The notes under the pieces were generated by a model, which was not told the origin of the DNA, did not search any database, and saw only the letters and a list, made by a program, of their open reading frames with translations. From a virus, in the IMG/VR virus record IMGVR_UViG_3300023184_000062, positions 1 through 64,000 of that record: 64,000 nt of DNA; one strand, given 5' to 3'. Numbering within the stretch: the first letter of the stretch is position 1; each line of letters opens with the position of its first letter. Of this stretch, positions 20,794-30,197 are shown one piece after another. The translations under genes and the position numbers were made by a program.

Positions 20794-21611
20794 AAAAAGT
20801 ATTAATAACAGGTAACAGTGGTTACATCGGTAGTCATCTTAGTAAGATGCTACGTACAGATTATGAGATATATGGATTGGATATTAATCCATCACAATAT
20901 CCTGTAACCGATCATTATCAACTTAATATCAACAAGTTGTTTAATATTGATATGGAATTTGATGCGGTAATTCATTTGGCAGCATTAGTTAATGTTAGTG
21001 AAAGTGAACGAATGCCCATTCAATATTATATCACCAACTTGAATGGCACAATGAATGTTATTAACAAGGTAAAGACAAAGAACTTTATCTTTGCTAGTAC
21101 AGGCGCGGCACAAGATTGTGAAAGTGCTTATGGCATCAGCAAAAGAGCAGCGGAAGATGTGGTACGTGAGTATTGTACTCAACATAGTCCCAAAGATTAC
21201 ACTATCTTTAGATTCTATAATGTAATCGGTAGTGATGGGTTTGCCCCAACTAACCCTGATGGACTAATGTATAACTTGATGAAAGCTAAAGAGACGGGTG
21301 AGTTTACTATTTTTGGTACAGACTATGGTTCGTATGACGGAACTTGTGTGCGTGATTATGTTCATGTTAATGAGATATGTGACGCATTACGTAGTGCTAT
21401 TGAGAAGCCAAGCAATCAAGTAGAATGCTTGGGCCATGGAGTTGGACATTCAGTTAGAGATATTGTTAATCTATATAAGAAGGTTAACAATGTTGAATTT
21501 CTAGTAAAACACGGTCCAAGAAGAAAGGGTGACTTAGCAGTATCTGTATTAGATAATGTGTCACCCTATATGAAAGAGTTATACTCTTTGGAAGAACTAC
21601 TTAAGGTCTAA
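20790..21611 (+). CDS. NAD-dependent NDP-sugar epimerase (GalE-like extended SDR)
   Basis: ITGNSGYIG, HLAA, YGISK, RFYNV.G, DGTCVRDYVHV. Confidence 0.9.
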   Translation: MKKVLITGNSGYIGSHLSKMLRTDYEIYGLDINPSQYPVTDHYQLNINKLFNIDMEFDAVIHLAALVNVSESERMPIQYYITNLNGTMNVINKVKTKNFIFASTGAAQDCESAYGISKRAAEDVVREYCTQHSPKDYTIFRFYNVIGSDGFAPTNPDGLMYNLMKAKETGEFTIFGTDYGSYDGTCVRDYVHVNEICDALRSAIEKPSNQVECLGHGVGHSVRDIVNLYKKVNNVEFLVKHGPRRKGDLAVSVLDNVSPYMKELYSLEELLKV

Positions 21612-21983
21612 AAACTTTATTTGGTTTGTTGAAAACACAACATACCAAACATCATCTCCCTCATCGTGTTCAGCAATGATACTATCATATCCGTCTGCTA
21701 TTAATTCTTCACGTAGTTCTAAATAATCTTCTTTCTCTAGTCCTACTAACTCATCCATTGTTGCTTCATATGTCTTGTTCATGGTCAATGACGCAGATAT
21801 GATATATTTTCCGTATAGTTTTGCTTCACGAATAGAAGTAGTAAAAAAATGTCCTAGTACAGCATTTGGATCTCCTGTACTAGTTCCTAGCGTAGCATTA
21901 TCAAATGACGAGAATTTATTGTTAGTACCGTGATAGGCAACAACACCCGAACTACTTTCAGCAATAAATTCTCTTGCTCTCAT
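21597..21983 (-). CDS. ADP-ribosyltransferase-like protein (polyvalent-protein ART type) with MRAREFIAE leader
   Basis: AYHGT...F..FD, GHFFTT...A..YG, GYDSII...WYVVF..NQIK. Confidence 0.7.
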   Translation of the reverse strand: MRAREFIAESSSGVVAYHGTNNKFSSFDNATLGTSTGDPNAVLGHFFTTSIREAKLYGKYIISASLTMNKTYEATMDELVGLEKEDYLELREELIADGYDSIIAEHDEGDDVWYVVFSTNQIKFLDLK

Positions 21984-21984
21984 T

Positions 21985-24024
21985 TTAGTGTCTTAACAAT
22001 AGTGTACTTAATACACCAGGATCGTTAGCACTAACATCACCTTCGCCCGGAGCAACAATAACATTGTACTTCATTCCAGCTGGGATTGAATTTCTCTTGG
22101 CCATGTACTCATCATAATTTAGTATAGAGTTAGAACTTAGTCCATACTCTTTAGCCAAACGCTGTTTCAATTCTTGTGTAGCTTGGTTATCACGGGTTAC
22201 CCAACGACCGCCCTTACCTTTTTCGTCTGCGCCCTCTTTATCTAAGTTACCCTTCTCATCCTTAGCTAACAAGTCCCAGAATAGTTTTTCAGGAACGATA
22301 CGACTATTCTTAGTTTTGTCTAAGTTTGGATCTTGTGCTTTAACTTGTTTCTCTTGCTCAGTGTTGGCACCTTCACTCCAATTGATAATGAAGTTGTCTG
22401 GCTTCTTAGCTAATGCTGCTCCGGCCATCTTAGTGTAAGCATAGAATCTAACATCAGGATGTTTTGCTGCCATCTTCAATGCCATGTCTAAGTATTCTGG
22501 ACTAAAGAAGTCGCCAGCATCATGCCAACGAACTGTTGTTTGCCAACCATTGGGGAATTTCTTATCACCCTTTGCTGCTGCACTTGCTTCTTTTGATATC
22601 TCACTGCTTAGTTGATTAAAGAAACCATCAGGGTCATTCAATAGATATGTAAGTATTCTTCCATCACTTTGCCATGCTGCCTTAAATTGTATCTTACCGC
22701 CCTTCATAGCGAAACAATCTACTTTACATGAGCCGGCGCCTGGACATGTGTTAACAACGATTAGATTATTAGTTTGTTCATCTAATGCGATTCCCACTAA
22801 TGCCGCGAACCCAACGTTGAAGAATTGTTCAAACTCTCCATTGCTATGCTTCATTTTTTCATTTTGCTTTAATAATGCTTTAGGACGAATTGCTAATGTT
22901 TTCTTAACCGCATCTTCATCATATGTTTTACCATCTGGACTTAAGTATGTAACTACGCTACTACGATGGATGTAGGGCATCTTGTATTTGTCACCTTTAG
23001 TCTTACCTGACACAAACTTTTCGTTACCCTTTTTATCTACTTTAACTTTTCCTGTTTTCTTGTCAATATTAGGTGTACCAACGATACGGTTCATGTAGTC
23101 TTGAAATTCTTGACCACCCAAATCACGGGTTTGTGCTGGTAGTTTAGTTGCTTCACCTAGACCAGATAGTTTACGAATTCTGTCTAAGTGTTCTTGACTC
23201 TCTGCCATGCCTTTCTTAGCAAAGCCGGAGTTTTGAAAACTGCCTTCGATATACCATTCCATGTCATCATCATTTACTTTACAATTTAATACTTGAACAC
23301 TATAACCTTGATCATCTAACCAGGCTTGTGCTTCTTGTATCATGTATTCTTTTGGCACTTCTGAATCAATTACGCCAATGTTTGCACCGCTGACGTCCAT
23401 ATCTTGCCACCAGCCATCACCTACTATGTCAGTCATTTCATCATCTGTGTACCAACGTCCTGATTCACCGCCGCCCGATCCCTGAGCAAATTCGTTTAAC
23501 GAGCCTTCCGCCACACCTTCTTTTAGACTTGTTATATAATTCACAGCAGGTTTTAATCCTGCAAATTCTTCTACAAAAGCACGACCAGGGCCATGTCCAT
23601 ACGCAATATATAGGCCTTCGGCAGTGTCAGGCTGATTCTTTATCACATACCCAATCATTTCTTTGCCACGATATATATGCCATTCTTTTTCATGACCGTC
23701 ATCATGAACTTTGCTCACATTAACATCGGGCGTTACAGAGCCTTCCGCCATACCTTCTGTTGCTGACTTTTTTAACGCATCAGCAGTTGGTGCACCTTTA
23801 CTTCCCGGTGTACGCATATGCTCACCACTACCATGCTTGATACGCTCACGTTTGGCGTGAATGTTAGCCCATAATCCGGGCTTGCCTTCTTCAACTTCTT
23901 CATCACCCTCATCAGGCATGTCACCAGCTTTAGCAACGAATTGCTGAGGTGTCATAATCTTGATACCACTTGGGGCACCTGGCATACTTGGCTCTGCGCC
24001 CTCGTGTAATTCTTTAAAGTTCAT
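21985..24024 (-). CDS. Modular probable head protein with C-terminal GP88-like (radical-SAM-related) domain
   Basis: TCPGAGSCKVDCFA, VRWHDAGDFFS, FYAYTK; N-terminal modules split by G(M/V)AE(G/S); start set at MNFKELHE. Confidence 0.7.
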   Translation of the reverse strand: MNFKELHEGAEPSMPGAPSGIKIMTPQQFVAKAGDMPDEGDEEVEEGKPGLWANIHAKRERIKHGSGEHMRTPGSKGAPTADALKKSATEGMAEGSVTPDVNVSKVHDDGHEKEWHIYRGKEMIGYVIKNQPDTAEGLYIAYGHGPGRAFVEEFAGLKPAVNYITSLKEGVAEGSLNEFAQGSGGGESGRWYTDDEMTDIVGDGWWQDMDVSGANIGVIDSEVPKEYMIQEAQAWLDDQGYSVQVLNCKVNDDDMEWYIEGSFQNSGFAKKGMAESQEHLDRIRKLSGLGEATKLPAQTRDLGGQEFQDYMNRIVGTPNIDKKTGKVKVDKKGNEKFVSGKTKGDKYKMPYIHRSSVVTYLSPDGKTYDEDAVKKTLAIRPKALLKQNEKMKHSNGEFEQFFNVGFAALVGIALDEQTNNLIVVNTCPGAGSCKVDCFAMKGGKIQFKAAWQSDGRILTYLLNDPDGFFNQLSSEISKEASAAAKGDKKFPNGWQTTVRWHDAGDFFSPEYLDMALKMAAKHPDVRFYAYTKMAGAALAKKPDNFIINWSEGANTEQEKQVKAQDPNLDKTKNSRIVPEKLFWDLLAKDEKGNLDKEGADEKGKGGRWVTRDNQATQELKQRLAKEYGLSSNSILNYDEYMAKRNSIPAGMKYNVIVAPGEGDVSANDPGVLSTLLLRH

Positions 24025-26331
24025 TTTTCTTATTCCTAATAAATTGTTCAGCAAGCATCACTAATTCATGTAGTTCTTCAATAGATTCGCAATGCCATCT
24101 ACGTAGACTTTTATTTATGTTGCTGTTTGGATCGTGTGCAGTTTTCGCACCAGTACGATGTTTCTTCATGCCACGCATTCTAGCACAGAAGCTAGCACGG
24201 CGTTTTGCTGCCTTACTACCTTTTTTAAGTTTGCTTGGTTTAGTTGTAACTGCTGTTTGAATCTTACTACCAGGATGACTACGGCGATAACTACTTACAC
24301 TCTTTTTACTCATCCCACCTGCACGTTTATTATTGTGCTTTGACCAATTCTCGCCCTCAGAGAAACTTGCTTCTTTTTCATCGGTAGTGTCACCGGTTAC
24401 TTTATATGTTTTTCCATGTACTACAAATGTGTCTTTGTCGGCTTTTATAGCATTCATTCTAGCATCAGTAAACTCATTGGATTCATCAACTTCTTTCTTT
24501 GCCATACCGATACCATCACAAGCACCGCATTTATACTTTTTAGCGCCCGGTACGTCATTAGCAGGAAGAATTTTTCCGTCAGGTGCTTTCCATAAAGTAC
24601 CACGACCTTTACATCTTTTACAACTAGTATTAGGGTTCTTTACAGTGGCACCGGGCATGTGGTCTACATCATACGGGAAGCCTTCCGCCACACCTTGATT
24701 GACGCTTCCTGTTGTTAGTTTAGCTGGGGCATAAAATGGTAGTGCGTGTTTGCCTAACAACTTAGCACTTAGTATATCAACAACATCTAATTTACCTTTA
24801 GACTTTAAAAGTCCAATTAGGACTTCTGGACCTTTAGTTTGTAATAATGTTAATAATTCTTTTTTATATGCTCCTGCTAATGCTACACCTACACCTGCAG
24901 CCGGACCGGCTACAGTGGCAGTCAATACTCCTGCTAGAGCGGATAATCCATAAGAAACTATGTCTTTAAACTGATACTTCATTTCTTCATTTTCTTCTGG
25001 AGTAACAGGTTGATTATTGGCATACTTTTTCATCACATCAATCATTATAGATGTTTCTTTTGCTTCTTTTCTTGCTTTGTCAAGCGCATTGCTTACAATA
25101 ATTTTTGTAACTGTTGGAAACACTGAGTATAGATTAGCTATCGTTCCTGGATCTATTTCATTGATATTTTCTTCGTCAATAGTTTGTTCACTAATTACTG
25201 TCCATAAAGCATCGTGAAGTTTATTTAAACCCGATGAATCTTCCGCCACACCTTGCAATCTAGGATCTGTGGATAATCTACGACCGTGATCATCTAATTT
25301 CTTAAACACAATGGCAGCGACACGATTAAAGATTGTTGTGGAAATATTATTTTTAGCAAAATAACGGTCTAACGCACGATAAATGGTACTATCATGGGCC
25401 ATATCATTTAACTTTGCTAAGTTTTTATCAGTAGTCAGTTTATCAGCAACATCTAGAGCCTGTCTATTCAAATCTTCTGAGCCTTCCGCCACACCTTGCG
25501 GGTTGCCTAATCTCCTAACAGGAATTTTATATTGTTGTACCAAGCGATCAACTTCTGGCGGAATGTCAGCAGGCAATACAATTTCTTTGATTTTCCAATT
25601 GTCAACCAACACTTCGTGGTGAACTGATGTATCCATACTTAACGTAGGATCAATTTGTCCAGGCCGACTAGAATATTTTTGTTGTCCTCGTTGTCCAGCA
25701 GTCATCTTATATTGATCTGACGCCAAATCTCCACGCCCACCGATTGTAATATGACCGTCAAGTACAATACCAACCGTTGGATTAGATCCGCCTCCCCACC
25801 TTTTTTTCCCCAAAGATTCAGTATTTGGTGCTAGGTATGCGCTTAGTTCAATCTTGTTATTCACTTTTCCTTGTAAGAATGACTCCAATTGGTTCAATGG
25901 AGCCCAGTGTACTTTTAGCATTGATGCAGCTTTTTTAGCATCCATTTTTTGTTGAAAGAGTTTTTTGAGATATCGCTCGGCCCCATATGTTCGTGTATTG
26001 GTGGCTTGTGTTGCAGCCTGATCTTTTGCTTGAAGTTGTTTGTACTGTGCTTGCTCTTCTGGAGTCATCCACGATACATCATTAAACTGTTTATTGTATT
26101 CTGCTGATGACGCCGCCGCGTCTGCTTTGGCTTTTGCTGGATCAAGAAGATCGGCAAGTGCTGTTTCCCAGGCCTGTTTATTTTCATCCGGATACTTGGC
26201 AAAAAAATCATCTGCAGGAATAAATCCACTTGTGGCAGGATCTTTAATTGTTTTTGCCTGTGGATCGGTCATAACGCCGGCAATTTTTCTAGCTTCTTTT
26301 AATTGTTTGTTTGAGCCTTCCGCAACACTTT
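23501..26331 (-). repeat. Dispersed 19-bp coding repeat, minus-strand consensus AAGGTGTGGCGGAAGGCTC
   Basis: Copies at 23501-23519, 23738-23756, 24678-24696, 25236-25254, 25479-25497, 26313-26331. Confidence 0.9.
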
Positions 26332-26422
26332 TTGGCTTCTTTCCAGCTTTCTTCATGGCAATGGCTATTGCTGCTCGTTGGGCATTACTACCAGCTTCGG
26401 ATATAATCTCACTAAATCTCAT
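24014..26422 (-). CDS. Modular probable head protein (GVAEG-delimited modules, CxxCxGxG zinc finger, C-terminal RRASFCARM module)
   Basis: MRFSEIISE leader; four VAE(G/D) junctions; CKRCKGRG...CGACDGIG. Confidence 0.7.
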   Translation of the reverse strand: MRFSEIISEAGSNAQRAAIAIAMKKAGKKPKSVAEGSNKQLKEARKIAGVMTDPQAKTIKDPATSGFIPADDFFAKYPDENKQAWETALADLLDPAKAKADAAASSAEYNKQFNDVSWMTPEEQAQYKQLQAKDQAATQATNTRTYGAERYLKKLFQQKMDAKKAASMLKVHWAPLNQLESFLQGKVNNKIELSAYLAPNTESLGKKRWGGGSNPTVGIVLDGHITIGGRGDLASDQYKMTAGQRGQQKYSSRPGQIDPTLSMDTSVHHEVLVDNWKIKEIVLPADIPPEVDRLVQQYKIPVRRLGNPQGVAEGSEDLNRQALDVADKLTTDKNLAKLNDMAHDSTIYRALDRYFAKNNISTTIFNRVAAIVFKKLDDHGRRLSTDPRLQGVAEDSSGLNKLHDALWTVISEQTIDEENINEIDPGTIANLYSVFPTVTKIIVSNALDKARKEAKETSIMIDVMKKYANNQPVTPEENEEMKYQFKDIVSYGLSALAGVLTATVAGPAAGVGVALAGAYKKELLTLLQTKGPEVLIGLLKSKGKLDVVDILSAKLLGKHALPFYAPAKLTTGSVNQGVAEGFPYDVDHMPGATVKNPNTSCKRCKGRGTLWKAPDGKILPANDVPGAKKYKCGACDGIGMAKKEVDESNEFTDARMNAIKADKDTFVVHGKTYKVTGDTTDEKEASFSEGENWSKHNNKRAGGMSKKSVSSYRRSHPGSKIQTAVTTKPSKLKKGSKAAKRRASFCARMRGMKKHRTGAKTAHDPNSNINKSLRRWHCESIEELHELVMLAEQFIRNKKNEL

Positions 26423-26501
26423 GTTTTTGTCCGTAAATAGTTGACTTTATTGCGTAAATATGTTACACTACATATCTTATTTATCACTTTGGGCTTTTAC
26501 C

Positions 26502-27527
26502 TTGACAAATCAATCTATCAAACGCATCGGTTTCGCTTGTAAGTTTTCGGAACTAAACAGTAAGGGTGAAATCTGTTCTATCAAAGAACTGAACACAGGT
26601 GGCACAACTCGTGCCTGGGTCAATAGACAAACTCAAAGTGTAGCGGAAGAAAAGGTGCTGGATGTATCAAAACAAAACATTCTACATACTCACAATCTAG
26701 TTAAAAAAGTGTCATCACTAGAACCCGCATTGCGTATGGTTCGTCTTACATCGGATATGTTGCCTTTCTATACAATGGATGGCTGGCAAGACTTTTGGCA
26801 AGATAAATCAATGCAGGATAATCTAGCACGATGGTTCGCACCGATTGGTGAAACAGCACGGGCTAATGATGTTCGTCTTAGTTTTCACCCTGACCAATTT
26901 GTAGTTTTAGCGAGTGACCGTGAAGAGGTAGTAAATAAGAGTATAGAAGAATTTGAATATCATGTTGATATGGCCCGCATGATGGGGTATGGTAAACAAT
27001 TTCAGGATATCAAAATCAATGTACACATCAGTGGTCGTAAAGGTCCACAGGGCATTCGTGATGTTTACAATCGTTTGTCTCCCGAAGCCCGCAACACACT
27101 TACACTAGAGAATGAGGAATACACACATGGACTACTTGACTGCTTATCATTATCTGACCTCGTACCTACGGTCATGGACATTCACCATAACTGGATACGT
27201 GAGGGAGAATACATTCAACCATCTGATGACAGGGTTAAGAGGGTTATTGATAGCTGGCGTGGTGTGCGCCCTACTATGCATTACAGTGTTAGCCGCGAAG
27301 ATGTACTCGGGTCACATCCACGACACATCTTACCCGATCATGGTGCGTTGATTAATGAAGGACATAGTAAGCAAAAACTTCGGGCACATAGTGATTTCTA
27401 TTGGAACGATGCGGTGAATGACTGGGCATTGACATTCTGTGATAACTTTGATATAATGTGTGAATCAAAATGGAAAAATCTTGCCAGCTTTAAATTATTT
27501 GAAAGATACAAAAATGGGATTATTTGA
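26502..27527 (+). CDS. uvsE: UV-damage endonuclease
   Basis: RIGFAC, RLTSD, RLSFHPDQF, NVH, LENEE, DIHH, MHYS, RAHSD, MCESK; start approximate. Confidence 0.92.
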   Translation: MTNQSIKRIGFACKFSELNSKGEICSIKELNTGGTTRAWVNRQTQSVAEEKVLDVSKQNILHTHNLVKKVSSLEPALRMVRLTSDMLPFYTMDGWQDFWQDKSMQDNLARWFAPIGETARANDVRLSFHPDQFVVLASDREEVVNKSIEEFEYHVDMARMMGYGKQFQDIKINVHISGRKGPQGIRDVYNRLSPEARNTLTLENEEYTHGLLDCLSLSDLVPTVMDIHHNWIREGEYIQPSDDRVKRVIDSWRGVRPTMHYSVSREDVLGSHPRHILPDHGALINEGHSKQKLRAHSDFYWNDAVNDWALTFCDNFDIMCESKWKNLASFKLFERYKNGII

Positions 27528-27957
27528 TAAACTATTTGGCAAAAAGCCAGAACCAGTAGTAGAGGCACCGAAGCCAGTTAAGGAAAAGAAACCACGCAAA
27601 CCTAAAGTAAAGAAGGAAGAACCTACTTCATCTGATAAGGAAAAGGCCAATGCTGAAGGACTACCATACGTTAATATTTTGAAAATGGAAATTGACCCAT
27701 ACGATATTAATAGTGGTGCTTTTGAACTTGATTTCAATGACAAATTTGTTTTGAATTTGATTCGTGCAGGTTATAAAATGCGTGATGATGACACCGATAC
27801 TATCATTGTAGACCGTTGGTTCCAAACTGTATGTCGCAATGTGGCATTGGAGCTATATGAACAGCAACAAGCGGATCCAGAAAACCGAGCAATGGCCTCA
27901 GATATGAGAGTGGTTCGTGCTAAAGATTTAGGTGATGGACGTACAGAGGTAAGTTGA
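27514..27957 (+). CDS. Conserved phage hypothetical protein
   Basis: MGLFDKLF start; FELDFND.FV..L..AGY. Confidence 0.7.
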   Translation: MGLFDKLFGKKPEPVVEAPKPVKEKKPRKPKVKKEEPTSSDKEKANAEGLPYVNILKMEIDPYDINSGAFELDFNDKFVLNLIRAGYKMRDDDTDTIIVDRWFQTVCRNVALELYEQQQADPENRAMASDMRVVRAKDLGDGRTEVS

Positions 27958-28403
27958 TGAGAAGATTAGTCTTTAATACTTTTATAGAGAGTAGCGTATA
28001 TAATATATTGAATCGGAATAAGGAACATGTTAATTGTTCCTTGATAATTAAAACATCATACAAGACTCTGTATCGCCGAGCATTGTATTGTGCAGAGCAT
28101 GATTTTTTTCTTACTTGGGTTAATGAAAATCATTATGATGAGTATAAAAAATTAGGAATCAATGACGTAGAATATCCCGATAATAATTATAATTATTATA
28201 TCTCATTGTTACACCAGACCAACTCTAAAAATAACAACTGGGCAGTAAAAGACTTGTTAACAATGGGTGATCCTGAAATAACAACAAAAGTAAAAAACTA
28301 TAGAAATGGTAAAAAAGTTGATTTATGGGTAGCTTTCAAGGGAGACCCATGTCGTGATCCTTCAATGCCCGAATATTGGAAATTTATTGAGAAATTTGTA
28401 TGA
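27954..28403 (+). CDS. Hypothetical protein (AT-rich)
   Basis: ORF. Confidence 0.55.
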   Translation: MMRRLVFNTFIESSVYNILNRNKEHVNCSLIIKTSYKTLYRRALYCAEHDFFLTWVNENHYDEYKKLGINDVEYPDNNYNYYISLLHQTNSKNNNWAVKDLLTMGDPEITTKVKNYRNGKKVDLWVAFKGDPCRDPSMPEYWKFIEKFV

Positions 28404-28433
28404 TTTTGTTGTAAAAATACAACAAAATAATAG

Positions 28434-28462
28434 TTGACAGTAATACCAAACTACTGTATACT
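28434..28462 (+). promoter_or_regulatory. sigma70 promoter preceded by palindrome 28403-28428
   Basis: TTGACA-17-TATACT; ATTTTGTTGTA-AAAA-TACAACAAAAT upstream. Confidence 0.8.
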
Positions 28463-28495
28463 TAAGGCTTATTCAGTCAACAACAGGAGTAATTT

Positions 28496-29746
28496 ATGGC
28501 TTTTCCACTTACGTTTAATGTAATCAATCGTGACACCGATGAACGTCAAATTGATAATATTTTAGAACGACACCCCGGTGAATATAAGCAAAATTCTATT
28601 GCTGTATTAGCCGCAAAAGTTGATACCGGCAATAATACCGATTTTATCTCTGCAAAAGAAAGATTTAAAACTCTAAAAACAATATTTGATCCAGCTGAGA
28701 TGCCTATTGCAAGTCAAATCATGCTGGGACAATTAATGAGTGATGAAGATATTCAACGTGAGATTGATGTACCTCACGCCACACATATTTTTTCTTACTA
28801 CGACCCACAACGTGTGCAATCTATTCAGGTAGTCAAAGCAGTAGGCAAAGAAGAATATACAATTGTAAATGGACAACATACTGCTACCACTACTGCACTA
28901 ATCATCATGTCAGGGTTGATGAAGGGTTGGAAAGCAAAAGATTGGAAGAAGTTTCCAGTTAACGTAACCTATATTGAAACTGATGACCGTAGCAAGGCAC
29001 GGGAAACATTTGCACTAATGAACGGTGAAATGTCCAAAGAGATCACTACCTTTGATCATTGGAAGCAACATTATTTGTCTGTGCGTTTGGACCAAAGCGG
29101 CAACCCAAAGTACCTGCATACTTACAAACTGATTCAATTACTACGCAAATACAATTGCACACCTCTGCCTGAAGGGCATGATGACATTGGTCAAGCTGGA
29201 GCAATTACTCACTTGAATGCAGTTGAAACTGCTGCTAAAAATGAAAACTATGAACGTCTTGAATTCATTCTAATGAACCATGACAAGTATTGGAATTCTC
29301 TTCCAGTAGATAATAGTGAATTTGGTTTGTATGGCAGCTTGCTTGACATTACAGAAGATGAGAATATTTCTAATTCTACTAAAGAATGGGATATTTTTAT
29401 GACTGACTTGCATGCGGTTATTCAAAAGGTATTCAAAGGCATGACTAAATTGCGTGGTAGCGCAAAGAAAGCATACAAGAAATATCGGTATGACCTCTTT
29501 GCAGACAAGAACGCTAGTTCGCCGTTTACTGTTGAATTGTATGTAGCATACAAAGTGTACCGACTATTAGGAGGTACATTTGATATTCCAAAGTTGCACA
29601 CAATGTATTTGCATAAGAATATTGATGTTATCAATTATCTATCTAAAGCAGAGGTTGAACATATCAATACATTGGTTAGTACTAAAGTAAAAATTAAAAT
29701 TAAAGATGTAGTGATTCCTACTGCCAACAAAAAAGGTAAGAAATGA
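28496..29746 (+). CDS. ParB/Srx-like (DGQHR-type) domain protein
   Basis: IQREID...H, YTIVNGQHT, A.ETF..MNG. Confidence 0.65.
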   Translation: MAFPLTFNVINRDTDERQIDNILERHPGEYKQNSIAVLAAKVDTGNNTDFISAKERFKTLKTIFDPAEMPIASQIMLGQLMSDEDIQREIDVPHATHIFSYYDPQRVQSIQVVKAVGKEEYTIVNGQHTATTTALIIMSGLMKGWKAKDWKKFPVNVTYIETDDRSKARETFALMNGEMSKEITTFDHWKQHYLSVRLDQSGNPKYLHTYKLIQLLRKYNCTPLPEGHDDIGQAGAITHLNAVETAAKNENYERLEFILMNHDKYWNSLPVDNSEFGLYGSLLDITEDENISNSTKEWDIFMTDLHAVIQKVFKGMTKLRGSAKKAYKKYRYDLFADKNASSPFTVELYVAYKVYRLLGGTFDIPKLHTMYLHKNIDVINYLSKAEVEHINTLVSTKVKIKIKDVVIPTANKKGKK

Positions 29747-30159
29747 ATGAATTCTTTTATATAATGGTACTCTCACACAATCTAAAGGTTGGGTTTGGTA
29801 TCACTGGGTCCGTACATACTAGAATTTATGATTACATTGCTGGCTCTGCTGAACTGCAATCTTTCAAGTATCTTTACTACGGAGATAAAGAACATATCTC
29901 CCTAGTTGAATCAACTTTGAAAAAAGAATGGAGACGCCATCTTTGGTCAGTGTTCAAAGGTAATAAATGGAAACTAGAAGTACTAGATCCAGCTAGCGGA
30001 ATTTCTGCTGAAGATGTAAAAGATTGGGTAGAAAAAACTATTATCAAACTTGACTTACCAATTAGGGGTGTCAAGAGTGAATGGTTACCTTATCGCGGAG
30101 ACAAACGAGTAACACGCAAATATATTAACTTGAATCCGGATTTATATCTTGAGCCATAA
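29743..30159 (+). CDS. GIY-YIG / T5orf172-like nuclease
   Basis: FFYIM...KVGFGIT.....RI..Y...VES.LK. Confidence 0.55.
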   Translation: MNEFFYIMVLSHNLKVGFGITGSVHTRIYDYIAGSAELQSFKYLYYGDKEHISLVESTLKKEWRRHLWSVFKGNKWKLEVLDPASGISAEDVKDWVEKTIIKLDLPIRGVKSEWLPYRGDKRVTRKYINLNPDLYLEP

Positions 30160-30197
30160 AATTTGACTTTATTTAAATAGCAGTATATAATACACAC

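Noticed and set aside
23501-26331. GVAEG repeats as a CRISPR array
   Set aside because: Spacing is 240-940 bp and irregular, repeats are in-frame coding, and no cas genes are present
22748-26444. Plus-strand ORFs opposite the modular genes, and other antisense ORFs in the track
   Set aside because: Shadow ORFs with no SD or recognisable motifs
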